Assembly (NCBI GenBank): GCA_945861645.1
Contig: CAMAVZ010000002.1
Coordinates: 32,001 to 96,000 of the forward strand
Source: Opitutus sp. GAS368
Lineage (GTDB): Bacteria > Verrucomicrobiota > Verrucomicrobiia > Opitutales > Opitutaceae
Direction of reading: 5' to 3'
DNA: 64,000 nucleotides
Shown: in pieces, positions 49,966 to 59,326 of the stretch
How the letters are laid out: the number at the start of each line of letters is the position of its first letter
Numbering within the stretch: position 1 is the first letter of the stretch
Translations under genes and position numbers: made by a program
The notes under the pieces: model-generated
Database searches by the model: none
What the model saw: only the letters and a program-made list of their open reading frames with translations
Told to the model about the DNA's origin: nothing

Positions 49966-50613
49966 TCAAACCGCGGGAGCCGCCGCCGGGGGCGGCGCCG
50001 AGGGCGTCTCGCGAACGTGAAATTTAAGCTTCCGCTTATTCGGCGGTAAGGCCGAAAGCATCACGTTAATTTGCTTACCATTCAGCTTGGGTGGTGAATC
50101 CGGTAGACCCATCGTCTCAAGCTCTTTGAGGGCGCGGTTCATGACCTCAAAGCCCATCTCGGTGTGGGCCATCTCGCGGCCGCGAAATTTCAGTCGCAAT
50201 TTCACTTTATTGCCGTGGTCGAGAAATTCTTCGGCATGGCGAACCTTCGTCAAGAAATCCCCTTTTTCAATGCGCAGGGTAAATTCGATCTCCTTGATCT
50301 TGCTGGCGGTCGATTTGACGTGCGACGTTTTCTTCTGCTCCTCGTAAACATACTTACCGAAATCCATGATCCGGCAAACTGGCGGCGTGGCGGCGGCCGC
50401 CACTTCGACTAAATCCAAATTAAACTGCATCGCGAGAGCGATGGCCTTGGGGGTGTCCAAAATTCCGAGCTGGCGACCTTCTGGGCTAATGACCCGCACT
50501 TGCGGCGACTTGATCCGCAAATTGCGGCGAATGGCGGCGAAGGGATCGTTGTTGCGACGATTATCGCGATTATAAGGGATGCGGCCAGCGGGCGGAGAGG
50601 AAGGAAGTGCCAT
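49966..50613 (-). CDS. infC: Translation initiation factor IF-3
   Basis: VRVI..EG.QLG, LDLVEV, PPVCRIMDFGK, KFRGREMAH. Confidence 0.95.
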   Translation of the reverse strand: MALPSSPPAGRIPYNRDNRRNNDPFAAIRRNLRIKSPQVRVISPEGRQLGILDTPKAIALAMQFNLDLVEVAAAATPPVCRIMDFGKYVYEEQKKTSHVKSTASKIKEIEFTLRIEKGDFLTKVRHAEEFLDHGNKVKLRLKFRGREMAHTEMGFEVMNRALKELETMGLPDSPPKLNGKQINVMLSALPPNKRKLKFHVRETPSAPPPAAAPAV

Positions 50614-50708
50614 TCAGGATGAGGGGGTTGCGAGGAAGAGAGGTCGAGGGGTGTTTTCGCTTCTCAGCGCGGTGAAGACAACACCTATTTAGAGCGAAAT
50701 CGCCCTCG

Positions 50709-51089
50709 TCAGACGCTAAAGCTTTCCCCGCAGGAACAACTGGCCTTGGCATTGGGATTGGAAAATTTAAAACCTCCGGCGACCATTTTAGCGGAATAAT
50801 CGAGCTGCGTGCCCTTGAGGTACAGCGCAGTTTTAGGGTCAACCACGACCGGCACCCCGGCTGTGCGCACAAGGATATCGCCCTTCCGCGCGTCCGGGAC
50901 AAAGCGCATTTTATAGCTTAAACCGTTGCAGCCACCACCCGTGATCGCGATGCGCAGATAATCCCCCTGCACTTCGCGGGCAATGAGCGCCGCCACCTTG
51001 GCGCCCGCCTCGGGCGTGAGGCGCACGAGGTTTTCATTACCTTCGCGCACGCCCTCGGGCGGTAAAATGAGAGGTGGAGCAATGGACAC
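50709..51089 (-). CDS. A-type Fe-S carrier (IscA/SufA/ErpA, HesB family)
   Basis: GGGCNGLSY, NPNAKASCSCGESF. Confidence 0.92.
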   Translation of the reverse strand: MSIAPPLILPPEGVREGNENLVRLTPEAGAKVAALIAREVQGDYLRIAITGGGCNGLSYKMRFVPDARKGDILVRTAGVPVVVDPKTALYLKGTQLDYSAKMVAGGFKFSNPNAKASCSCGESFSV

Positions 51090-51098
51090 AGCGTAATC

Positions 51099-52052
51099 CT
51101 ATGCCCCCGCCCGCGATTTTATCAAGCACTGCGCAACGCTCACCGCATTAGTGAAACTGCGGTCGCTGGCTTGACCCCGACCAGCCAGGCTAAAAGCGGT
51201 GCCGTGATCGGGACTCGTGCGAATAAAGGGTAGGCCCAAGGTCACATTTACCGCTTCATCAAAATCAATCACCTTGAGCGGCGCGAGGCCCTGATCGTGA
51301 TAAAGTGCGATAATAACATCAAATTCCCCCCGCAAGGCGCGGGCAAACAGCGTATCCCCAGGTTGACAAAGCGAGAGCCCGGGAAATTCCTGCCGCAAGG
51401 CGGTCAGCGCAGGATTCAGAAAATCACGCTCCTCCGTCCCCAACCAGCCCCCTTCGCCAGCGTGGGGATTGAGTCCGCAGACTCCAATGCGCGGATATTT
51501 GCCGGCTGACGAGGCGCCCTGCCCCAAAGAAAAAACCCGCGCCAGCTGATCAGCCGCGGCCACCGTACGCCGTAACAATTTCAGCTCAAGCAATGGCGCG
51601 ACCGCGCTGAGCGGCACGTGCCAAGTCGCGAGGACGACCTGCAACCGACCACCACAAAAAGCCATCACGGGCTCCCCCCCCCACCGCGCGGAGAAAAATT
51701 CTGTTTGGCCCGGAAATTCATAACCGATGGCGGCCAAGCGTGCCTTGCTGACGGGCCCAGTCACGACCCCAGAAAATTCTCCGCTGAGACAACCGGCCGC
51801 CGCTCGTTCCATTGCCGCCCACGCGACCAAGGCGCCAGCGCCAGTCGGCTGTCCAGGCGTTGCCGAAAAATCCTCAAGGCCAACTGCAATTTTTTCAGCC
51901 GGAGTATCCAGCGTCGCCAACCAGCCCAGCGGACCGATCACCGCGATGTCTTTCGCGGCCGCCCCCTGCTTGGATAGCCAAGCCGCAATGATCTCCGGAC
52001 CCACTCCCGCCGGATCACCGCAAGTAAAAGCAAGTTTACCCCGCGGGCTCAT
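51099..52052 (-). CDS. pdxA: 4-hydroxythreonine-4-phosphate dehydrogenase
   Basis: GDPAGVGPE, LNPHAGE, YHDQGL, RTSPDHGTA; start moved to 52052. Confidence 0.93.
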   Translation of the reverse strand: MSPRGKLAFTCGDPAGVGPEIIAAWLSKQGAAAKDIAVIGPLGWLATLDTPAEKIAVGLEDFSATPGQPTGAGALVAWAAMERAAAGCLSGEFSGVVTGPVSKARLAAIGYEFPGQTEFFSARWGGEPVMAFCGGRLQVVLATWHVPLSAVAPLLELKLLRRTVAAADQLARVFSLGQGASSAGKYPRIGVCGLNPHAGEGGWLGTEERDFLNPALTALRQEFPGLSLCQPGDTLFARALRGEFDVIIALYHDQGLAPLKVIDFDEAVNVTLGLPFIRTSPDHGTAFSLAGRGQASDRSFTNAVSVAQCLIKSRAGA

Positions 52053-52788
52053 CTTTACGCAAAGGACTTCCGGTTGGTCGCACAAAGCCACGCTTGCCCG
52101 CGGAAAAAAAATCGAGAAAACACCGCGCCTCGGCACTCGTCACTCCCGCCGCGAGTAGCGCCGCGGCTAAGCGCCGCGGATCACCCCCCGCAAAAATTGC
52201 TCGGTAACATTCTTTAAGCTCATGGATCGCCTCGCGACTGAAACCCCGCCGCTTGAAGCCCACGACGTTAAAGCCCGGGACCTCATCCCGCTCCGCGACC
52301 ATCAAAAAAGGCGCCACATCGCGGGTCAGACGGGTCAGGCCACTCACCATGACGCCTTCGCCGATGCGGACGAATTGATGAATGCCCGCGCCGCCACCGA
52401 CAAAAGTGAAACCGCCGATTTCGACGTGTCCGGCGAGCATCACATTATTGGCCAACACTACCTCATCGGCCAACACGCAATCGTGGCCGACGTGCGCACT
52501 CGCCATCAAAAAACAGCGCGCCCCAATCCGCGTCGCCTGGCCTGCATGAATCGAGCGATTAATGGTCACCTGCTCGCGCACAATCGTGCCGGCTCCGATA
52601 TGCACACCAGAAATAGTGGCCGGATCAAATTTAAGAAACTGCGGATCACCGCCGATAACCGCGAAAGCATGCACCACCACGCCCGCGCCCAGGACGGTAT
52701 GCTTTTTGATAATTGCATGGGCATGAACCTCGCAGCCCGCGCCCACCTGCGCGCCCGCTTCAATAATCGCTGTGGGATGAATACTCAT
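52036..52788 (-). CDS. lpxA: Acyl-ACP--UDP-N-acetylglucosamine O-acyltransferase
   Basis: IHPTAII, hexapeptide repeats, HVGHDC, LAGHVEIG, HQFVRIG. Confidence 0.92.
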   Translation of the reverse strand: MSIHPTAIIEAGAQVGAGCEVHAHAIIKKHTVLGAGVVVHAFAVIGGDPQFLKFDPATISGVHIGAGTIVREQVTINRSIHAGQATRIGARCFLMASAHVGHDCVLADEVVLANNVMLAGHVEIGGFTFVGGGAGIHQFVRIGEGVMVSGLTRLTRDVAPFLMVAERDEVPGFNVVGFKRRGFSREAIHELKECYRAIFAGGDPRRLAAALLAAGVTSAEARCFLDFFSAGKRGFVRPTGSPLRKDEPAG

Positions 52789-53429
52789 AAGCGGGTAGCG
52801 TTAGCTCGTGCTGCGTTGGGACGCTCGGCGATCAGATCAAGCTGCGCATCTTTCAGCAGGTCATAATTTTTTAAAATCCGGATAACCTGCAGCGTGTCGG
52901 ATTTTCCGTAGCTTTTGTTAATCTCCACCCGCTCGATGATATCGAGTAACATGGAGCGAAATGAAATGATGCCGTCAATGCCGTGTGCCTTCAGCATGGC
53001 CACGCTCTGGGAGCGAAAGGGTTCGGCCGTCGGGAGACTCGGTAGTACGAGAATTTTTGTCACATCGGGCGCATTGCCGGGCTCCTCTTCATCCACGGGG
53101 AAAAATCGCGTGACCTCCTTGAGTACATTCTCCTCCAGAAAGCGGAAAATCTCTGGGCTACTTTTCAACATATTAGGCGTGAATTTCCCCGTGTGCCAGC
53201 CCTTGACCACCACGATGGCTCGATGCACGAAGGCGAGTTCATTGGCGAAAAGAAAGAAATCCGGTTTCCGGGCATTGCGCGCGGAATAGGCCGGATTATA
53301 AACCACCAAATCAACCTCCTCATCGCCCGTTTTGCGCCGCGCCTGGACCTGATACTTGCGCACTTGGCGGACCAAAAATCCACTTTGCTCGAAATATTCG
53401 CGGACAATGCCTTCATCGATAGCTGACAT
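52785..53429 (-). CDS. Hypothetical protein, possible PD-(D/E)XK-like fold
   Basis: VREYFEQSGFLV, EVDLVV, AIVVVKGW; ATGA overlap with lpxA. Confidence 0.6.
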   Translation of the reverse strand: MSAIDEGIVREYFEQSGFLVRQVRKYQVQARRKTGDEEVDLVVYNPAYSARNARKPDFFLFANELAFVHRAIVVVKGWHTGKFTPNMLKSSPEIFRFLEENVLKEVTRFFPVDEEEPGNAPDVTKILVLPSLPTAEPFRSQSVAMLKAHGIDGIISFRSMLLDIIERVEINKSYGKSDTLQVIRILKNYDLLKDAQLDLIAERPNAARANATRL

Positions 53430-53474
53430 AAGATCAGCAACTTAGTCAGTTGCGCGGGGATAGCACACCAATTT

Positions 53475-54560
53475 TTAAATTGCCCCCAACTCATGCCAAA
53501 TGGAGGCGACGAGTTCAGGCGCAATCCCTGAGCGTGTCGCCGCGGCCCCAATGGCCGGGAGAACAATAAAGCGCAGACCATCGGCCCGATTTTTCTTATC
53601 GCGCGACATCGCATCTTGCAGCGCGGTGATGGCCAACGGGGCGCGCAATCTGATCGGCAGCTGATGCGCCAAAAGTACGCGTTCTACCCGCGCAATATCA
53701 GCTAATGGTCGCAGTCCTAGGCGATGAGATAGCCGCACTGCACCCACCAGACCAACCGCCACCGCTTCCCCGTGTAAGTAAGTGCCATAACCGGTCACCT
53801 GCTCAATCGCATGACCAAAAGTATGTCCAAGATTGAGCAAAGCGCGCCCACCCTCCGCCGCCATCTCCCGCTCATCCGCACGCACGATGGCTGCCTTAAT
53901 TTCACAGCACCGCCGGATAATGGCCGGCAAAGCTGGGCTACCAATCTGCATGGGCGCTTCCTCTAATTGGGCAAATAGAGCCGCGTCACCCAGTAATCCG
54001 TATTTAATTACTTCGGCGGCCCCAGCCGCGAATTCGCGCGGCGGCAGCGTCGCCAGAAAATGGGTCCCGACATAAACGGCCCGCGGATGATGAAAGGCGC
54101 CGACCAGATTTTTTCCGGCGGCAAGATTTAAGCCCGTCTTACCGCCGACTGCGCTGTCCACCATGGCGAGCAAGGTGGTCGGCACCTGCAGATACTCGAT
54201 GCCTCGCAAATAACTCGCGGCCGCAAATCCGCCCAAATCGCCCGTCACGCCGCCGCCCACGATCCAGAGCAAACCGTGGCGCGTAATGCGGTGCTGTGCT
54301 AAAAATTCCAAAACCTGCCCAAAAACCTCCAGCGATTTTGAAGCCTCGCCCATCCCCACCACGAGTCGCGGGATATCCGCAAAGGCGGCGGTCAGAAATT
54401 CCTGCTGCGCTGCCGCCACGCCGCGATCGGTGAGCAAAACTGAGGGGCGGCCAGCTGCCGCGAAGCCCCGGATGGCTAAGCAGATATCAGTTGCACCTGT
54501 TGCCAGAAAATGAATCGGGTAATTTTTTGCCCCGATTTCAACTGTGAGCGCCTGCAGCAT
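53475..54560 (-). CDS. aroB: 3-dehydroquinate synthase
   Basis: GEASKS, GGGVTGDLGGF, PTTLLAMVDSAVGGK, LNLGHTFGHAIE, HGEAV; start moved to 54560. Confidence 0.96.
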   Translation of the reverse strand: MLQALTVEIGAKNYPIHFLATGATDICLAIRGFAAAGRPSVLLTDRGVAAAQQEFLTAAFADIPRLVVGMGEASKSLEVFGQVLEFLAQHRITRHGLLWIVGGGVTGDLGGFAAASYLRGIEYLQVPTTLLAMVDSAVGGKTGLNLAAGKNLVGAFHHPRAVYVGTHFLATLPPREFAAGAAEVIKYGLLGDAALFAQLEEAPMQIGSPALPAIIRRCCEIKAAIVRADEREMAAEGGRALLNLGHTFGHAIEQVTGYGTYLHGEAVAVGLVGAVRLSHRLGLRPLADIARVERVLLAHQLPIRLRAPLAITALQDAMSRDKKNRADGLRFIVLPAIGAAATRSGIAPELVASIWHELGAI

Positions 54561-54616
54561 AGGCTCGTTTAAAGGCAGTGACTTGCATGGGTCAACGCCC
54601 GTTATATTAACCCTTA

Positions 54617-54661
54617 AGAGACTGATTCTCATAATATTAATTGACATGATTATGAGTCTCA
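54617..54661 (+). promoter_or_regulatory. Two Fur-type 7-1-7 boxes flanking a TTGACA -35 element
   Basis: AGAGACT-G-ATTCTCA (54617-54631), TTGACA (54641-54646), TGATTAT-G-AGTCTCA (54647-54661), upstream of a TonB-dependent receptor. Confidence 0.6.
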
Positions 54662-54725
54662 ACTTCAAATAAAACGCCGCTGGCTTAATTCCCTATTTTA
54701 TCGTTCCTCCACGCTATTTTGCTAA

Positions 54726-56927
54726 ATGCATCACTCTACTAATCCCGCTATTGATCAGTTACCGTCTGACCCGCAGCAATTAATAAAACTAAGCCCCCTA
54801 TTATCACAAATGGTAGCTGTTGCTCTATGGCTTCCGACCATACTGCAAGGCCAAGTGAGCCCGACCGATTCGCCGGATAAGGTTCTTGTTTTGCCTACCT
54901 ATCGCGTGGAAGCAGAAGCAGAAACAGATCACACTATTCAGGGCCCATTTTTACCGGCCACTCAGGGAGTTAAAATCAACGCGGGCAAAAAGACCACGGT
55001 CATCGACTTTGATGGTTTGCCCCGAATCTCCGGCAATAATTATCGTCAAGCCCTTGCCCAGGCCCCGGGGTTAATTCTCAGCGAAGAGACGTCGCCTCTA
55101 ATTAGCATCGGCTACCGTGGCCTCGCCCCGCACCGAGTTCAATTCACCCAAGTGCTGAAGGACGGAATCCCCATCCACGCCGATCAATTTGGCTATCCCG
55201 AAGCTTACTACACCCCACCGCTTGATACGGTCGATCGCATTGAATTCACCCGCGGTGGGGCCGCGCTGATGTACGGTCCACAACCTGGTGGGGCGCTAAA
55301 CTACGTCACCCACCGCCCGCGGCGGGACACTCGGCTCGGAGCCAGCACCCTACAGACCTTCGGTAGCCAAGATTACTACTCCACCTTTAACTACCTTGAT
55401 GGTACGACGGGAAAACTAGGTTATTACGGTTATTATAACCATCGAGAGTCTGCCGGGATTCGCTTAGCCAACAGCGATTATACCTTAGACGCCTACAGCG
55501 CTCAAGGCGTAATCGGGGCGGACACTCGCTCACGTCTCATTTTCGCCACAGAATCTTATACGGAAGAACACGGCGAACCAGGAGGACTTACTTTTGCGAC
55601 TGGCCCCGGTACGGTTAATTATTCTAGCGCAAGAAAAACTCCCTCACGACTGCATGATCGCCTCACCCTGCATCGCCGGGCCCACTCGATTGTGTGGGAA
55701 CGCGACTTCGCCTGCGGTACGTGGGTTAGTCGAATTTGGCAAATTGACTATAATCGCACCAGCCGTCGACAAGGTGGCGGTGGCTTCGGGATGATGCCCA
55801 CGGGCTCCGCCGCGCTCACCAACACCATTGAGGCTCAACCATTCACCCAGCTCGGCGCTGAAGCCCGAGGACGCCTTGATTGGGGCGGTGGCCGTGGACA
55901 CGTCCTGACCGGCGGGGCCCAACTTTACTCTAGCCAATCGACCCGCACCGACTCGCGGGGGGCCACGGCCGATGCCACCAGCGGATCGGTACGCCTACAA
56001 TCTGAGCGGAAAATATTATCCACCCCGGTTTTCGCCGAAAACCTATTTCGCTTTGGGGCGTTCAGCCTCACCCCAGGTGCACGGGTTGAATTCGTCGACC
56101 AAAGTGTGCGTGAAATCATTAACGTTAACCGCGCGACAACGGCCCTTCAGCAACGCGCTGAACGCGTCGCGATTCCCTTGTTTGGCATCGGCGGCGCTTA
56201 CAATTCGTCCGCTAAAGCCGAGTGGTACGCCAACGCATCCCAAAGCTACCGCCCGATGATTTTTACTGAAGCCGTACCCAATGGAGCCACGACCGTAGTT
56301 AATGCCGATCTAGAATCAGGCCGCGCCGTGCAATACGAATTAGGCTACCGCGCCCAGCCCCGACTGGGCCTCGTGCTTGATGCCAGTATTTTTTATCTTA
56401 AATTTTATAACCAAATTGGTACGACCACCCTCCCCAGCGGACTGAGCTCCGTCATTAATGCGGGTCGCGCGGTGCACCAAGGGACGGAGTTGGCTATCAG
56501 CTATGATTTATTCGCGCAACGCGACAAAGGGAAACAAGCCACCGCTCTCAGCCTTTATGCGAACGCGCTATTGCTCGATGCTAATTTTAAGGAAGGTCCG
56601 ACTGCCGGCAAGACTCCGCAGTACGCGCCGAGCCACACGGTGCGGCTTGGCTTAGTCTACGCGGAGACCGATGCCCTCAAGTTAGCGCTGACCGGAACCC
56701 TAGCAGCCGATGCCTATGCCGATGATAGTAATACCGCCCAGCGTTACGTGCCCGCCTATGCCGTCTGGGATTTCACCGCTGAGTGGCGCATTCCTTACGC
56801 CCCGCTTCGCCTGATTGCTGGGATCAACAATCTCCTGGATGAAGATTATTACTGTCGCATCCGTCCCGATGGAATTGATCCCGCCCCGCGGCGTAATTTT
56901 TACCTTGGAGCGGAATGGGAATTTTGA
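54726..56927 (+). CDS. TonB-dependent receptor (FecA-like)
   Basis: Plug IGYRG...KDGIPI...YYTP...RIEFTRGGAALMYG...GGALNY; GINNLLDEDY; terminal Phe. Confidence 0.9.
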   Translation: MHHSTNPAIDQLPSDPQQLIKLSPLLSQMVAVALWLPTILQGQVSPTDSPDKVLVLPTYRVEAEAETDHTIQGPFLPATQGVKINAGKKTTVIDFDGLPRISGNNYRQALAQAPGLILSEETSPLISIGYRGLAPHRVQFTQVLKDGIPIHADQFGYPEAYYTPPLDTVDRIEFTRGGAALMYGPQPGGALNYVTHRPRRDTRLGASTLQTFGSQDYYSTFNYLDGTTGKLGYYGYYNHRESAGIRLANSDYTLDAYSAQGVIGADTRSRLIFATESYTEEHGEPGGLTFATGPGTVNYSSARKTPSRLHDRLTLHRRAHSIVWERDFACGTWVSRIWQIDYNRTSRRQGGGGFGMMPTGSAALTNTIEAQPFTQLGAEARGRLDWGGGRGHVLTGGAQLYSSQSTRTDSRGATADATSGSVRLQSERKILSTPVFAENLFRFGAFSLTPGARVEFVDQSVREIINVNRATTALQQRAERVAIPLFGIGGAYNSSAKAEWYANASQSYRPMIFTEAVPNGATTVVNADLESGRAVQYELGYRAQPRLGLVLDASIFYLKFYNQIGTTTLPSGLSSVINAGRAVHQGTELAISYDLFAQRDKGKQATALSLYANALLLDANFKEGPTAGKTPQYAPSHTVRLGLVYAETDALKLALTGTLAADAYADDSNTAQRYVPAYAVWDFTAEWRIPYAPLRLIAGINNLLDEDYYCRIRPDGIDPAPRRNFYLGAEWEF

Positions 56928-57019
56928 ATGGAGGCGGTGAATGCGGCAGACCGACCCCAAGCAATTCGGACGATTCCTGCGCTTGCGCTCTCGGCCATTC
57001 CTAGCCGAAATATCCGGCC

Positions 57020-58534
57020 ATGTCTTCCTCTCCTACCCCTCACGCTGAACCATCGGTTCCCTCCGTCATGGACACCGGCGGTCTCGGCGGTCACCCCCGC
57101 GGCCTCACCACCCTCTTCTTCACCGAAATGTGGGAACGATTTTCCTACTACGGCATGCGGGCCTTGCTCATTCTTTTTATGGTGAAGACGGCGGCCGACG
57201 GCGGCCTCGGCTACGATACCAAAAAAGCGGCGGCAATTTATGGCACCTACACGATGAGCGTTTATCTGCTCTCAATCTTAGGCGGCTTTATCGCCGATAA
57301 TTTTATCGGTGCGCGGCGCTCAGTCTTAATCGGCGGTATCATTATTGCCTGCGGTCATTTCGCCATGGCCTTCAGCGCGCAAAGTACTTTTTTCGCTGGC
57401 CTCGTTCTCATTGCTCTCGGCACCGGTCTCCTGAAACCCAACATCTCGACGATGGTGGGCAGCCTTTATAGCCCGACGGATGAGCGCCGCGACGCCGGCT
57501 TCTCCATTTTCTATATGGGTATCAATATTGGGGCCTTTCTCGCTCCACTCGTCACGGGTTACCTCGCCCAGAGCGCCAGCTGGAAAGCGCAACTGAGTAG
57601 CTGGGGCCTTGATCCTGTCCATAGTTGGCACTGGGGCTTCGCCGCCGCCGGCGTCGGTATGACCTTCGGTTTGGTGGTGTATGTGCTCCAGCGCGAGCGG
57701 CTCGCCCAGGTCGGGCACGCGCCGGTGGCCGAAAACAATCATGGCCGCCCCTGGGGCAAACTGGCGCTCGTCGCCCTTGGTTCACTGGCGCTCATCGCCG
57801 CCATGAAAGCGAGTGATCAATATCCCGCGCTCGTTTATGTTCTCTTCGCCCTGCAAATCGCCGCAATTTTATTTTTTGCCTTCAAGCCAACGGCCGACAG
57901 CAAACGTATCGCCGCTATTCTGGTTTTCTTTTTCGCCGCCGAAATTTTTTGGGCCATCTTCGAACAGACGGGTTCGACCATCTCTCTGTTTGCCGATAAT
58001 TTAACGCGGAACGAAATCCTCGGCCAATCGTTCCCCTCCTCGTGGTGGCAATCAGTTAACTCCATTTGGGTAATCTTACTCGCACCAGTCTTTGCCTTTC
58101 TCTGGATCTCCCTCGGATCGAAACAACCTTCCAGCCCGATGAAATTCGTCCTCGGGCTGTTGTTCGTGGCCCTCTCCTTTGTCCTGATGGTGCCGGCGGC
58201 TAAACTCACCGCCGAAGGAAAAGTTGGGCCGCTTTGGCTCGTCGGTCTTTTTTTCCTGCAAACGGTCGGCGAGATGCTGCTTAGCCCGGTGGGTCTATCC
58301 ACCATGACCAAACTCGCGCCGCAGCGTCTGCTCGGCATGGTGATGGGCATTTGGTTTCTCGCCGCCGCGTTGGGCAATAAACTCGCCGGGGTACTGGCGG
58401 GGGAATTCAAAAGCGACAACGCCGACCAGCTCGCGACTTTTTTCTGGCACCAAGCGCTCGCCGTGGGCGCCTGCACCTTGGTTCTCTTCGCCTTAGTCCC
58501 TTGGGTTAAAAAGCTCATGGGCGGCGTGCGCTGA
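57020..58534 (+). CDS. POT/PTR family proton-dependent oligopeptide transporter
   Basis: GHPRGL, EMWERFSYYGMRA, GLLKPNI, FYMGINIG, GEMLLSPVGLS. Confidence 0.95.
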   Translation: MSSSPTPHAEPSVPSVMDTGGLGGHPRGLTTLFFTEMWERFSYYGMRALLILFMVKTAADGGLGYDTKKAAAIYGTYTMSVYLLSILGGFIADNFIGARRSVLIGGIIIACGHFAMAFSAQSTFFAGLVLIALGTGLLKPNISTMVGSLYSPTDERRDAGFSIFYMGINIGAFLAPLVTGYLAQSASWKAQLSSWGLDPVHSWHWGFAAAGVGMTFGLVVYVLQRERLAQVGHAPVAENNHGRPWGKLALVALGSLALIAAMKASDQYPALVYVLFALQIAAILFFAFKPTADSKRIAAILVFFFAAEIFWAIFEQTGSTISLFADNLTRNEILGQSFPSSWWQSVNSIWVILLAPVFAFLWISLGSKQPSSPMKFVLGLLFVALSFVLMVPAAKLTAEGKVGPLWLVGLFFLQTVGEMLLSPVGLSTMTKLAPQRLLGMVMGIWFLAAALGNKLAGVLAGEFKSDNADQLATFFWHQALAVGACTLVLFALVPWVKKLMGGVR

Positions 58535-58548
58535 ACAAACCTCGATCC

Positions 58549-58586
58549 AATAAAAAAGGCGCAGGATTTACTGCGCCTTTTTTATT
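58549..58586 (+). terminator. Bidirectional Rho-independent terminator
   Basis: AATAAAAAAGGCGCAG-gattta-CTGCGCCTTTTTTATT. Confidence 0.9.
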
Positions 58587-58902
58587 TACTAGCCGGCCAC
58601 CTGCAAAAGTATCGGGGTTCGCGTGCACACAACGGGCCAGTCAAGTACCCGCGAACCCCTTTGAGCAGCTTTCTCCTTTGTTGCCAAAGTCGATCACTGC
58701 ACTGCTATAAAACCATATTTTGAGTTTATAACGGACGCGCTAAATCGCCTTATTTTAGGTGCAACAAGAACCTGCATAATTTGTGCGTGCCCCGGCCACC
58801 GCTGGAGCTCAACAAGACCGCCGCCTCTTTTTTATCAAAGCGACTGGACCCGGGTGCGCGCGCTTGACGAATAGAGTAAGATACGAAAAGACCTTTTCCG
58901 CC

Positions 58903-59226
58903 ATGTCCGCCTCCGCCGCTCAGTCCCACCCGCTCCCCATGCCAGCCTTCCGCTGGCTCGCGGCGTTCTGCGCTTTAGCGATTTGGCTGCTCGGTCTGCT
59001 TAATGTCAGTCCGCAACTGCACGCGCCATTTCACCACGACGGCGATGAAGCCAATCACACGTGCGCGATCACCCTGTTTAGCCATGGCGTGGAAACGACC
59101 GCCGTTCAGGTCGACTTAATTTTTACGCCCCAGCTAATTTTCACGGGTCTAGCGCGCAGCCCGCTGGCTCTCTTGAGGGTGACCGCTGATCGCTTGCCCC
59201 CGACCTGCGGTCCGCCTCTCTGCTAA
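58903..59226 (+). CDS. DUF2946/CruR-like small protein (possible regulatory leader ORF)
   Basis: Hydrophobic N-terminal helix, HAPFHHDGDEANHTCAIT segment, C-terminal PPTCGPP; TTGACG at 58864; directly upstream of a TonB-dependent receptor. Confidence 0.6.
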   Translation: MSASAAQSHPLPMPAFRWLAAFCALAIWLLGLLNVSPQLHAPFHHDGDEANHTCAITLFSHGVETTAVQVDLIFTPQLIFTGLARSPLALLRVTADRLPPTCGPPLC

Positions 59227-59326
59227 GTTAAGTTCGTCCCGCGGCGCCGTCATTGCGGCCGCGTTAAAGCCTGTCCAGCCATTCGGCCGACGGGCGGTCT
59301 TGCCTTCACGAATTCTGACTTTGCCG

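Noticed and set aside
58614-58659. Inverted repeat GGGGTTCGCG...CGCGAACCCC after the POT terminator
   Set aside because: I saw only one copy in the window and no riboswitch consensus, so no function can be assigned.
58700-58790. Zur box upstream of the ZnuD-like locus
   Set aside because: Only weak partial palindromes (TGCA-N9-TGCA, TATAAA...TTTATA) are present, which is not convincing.
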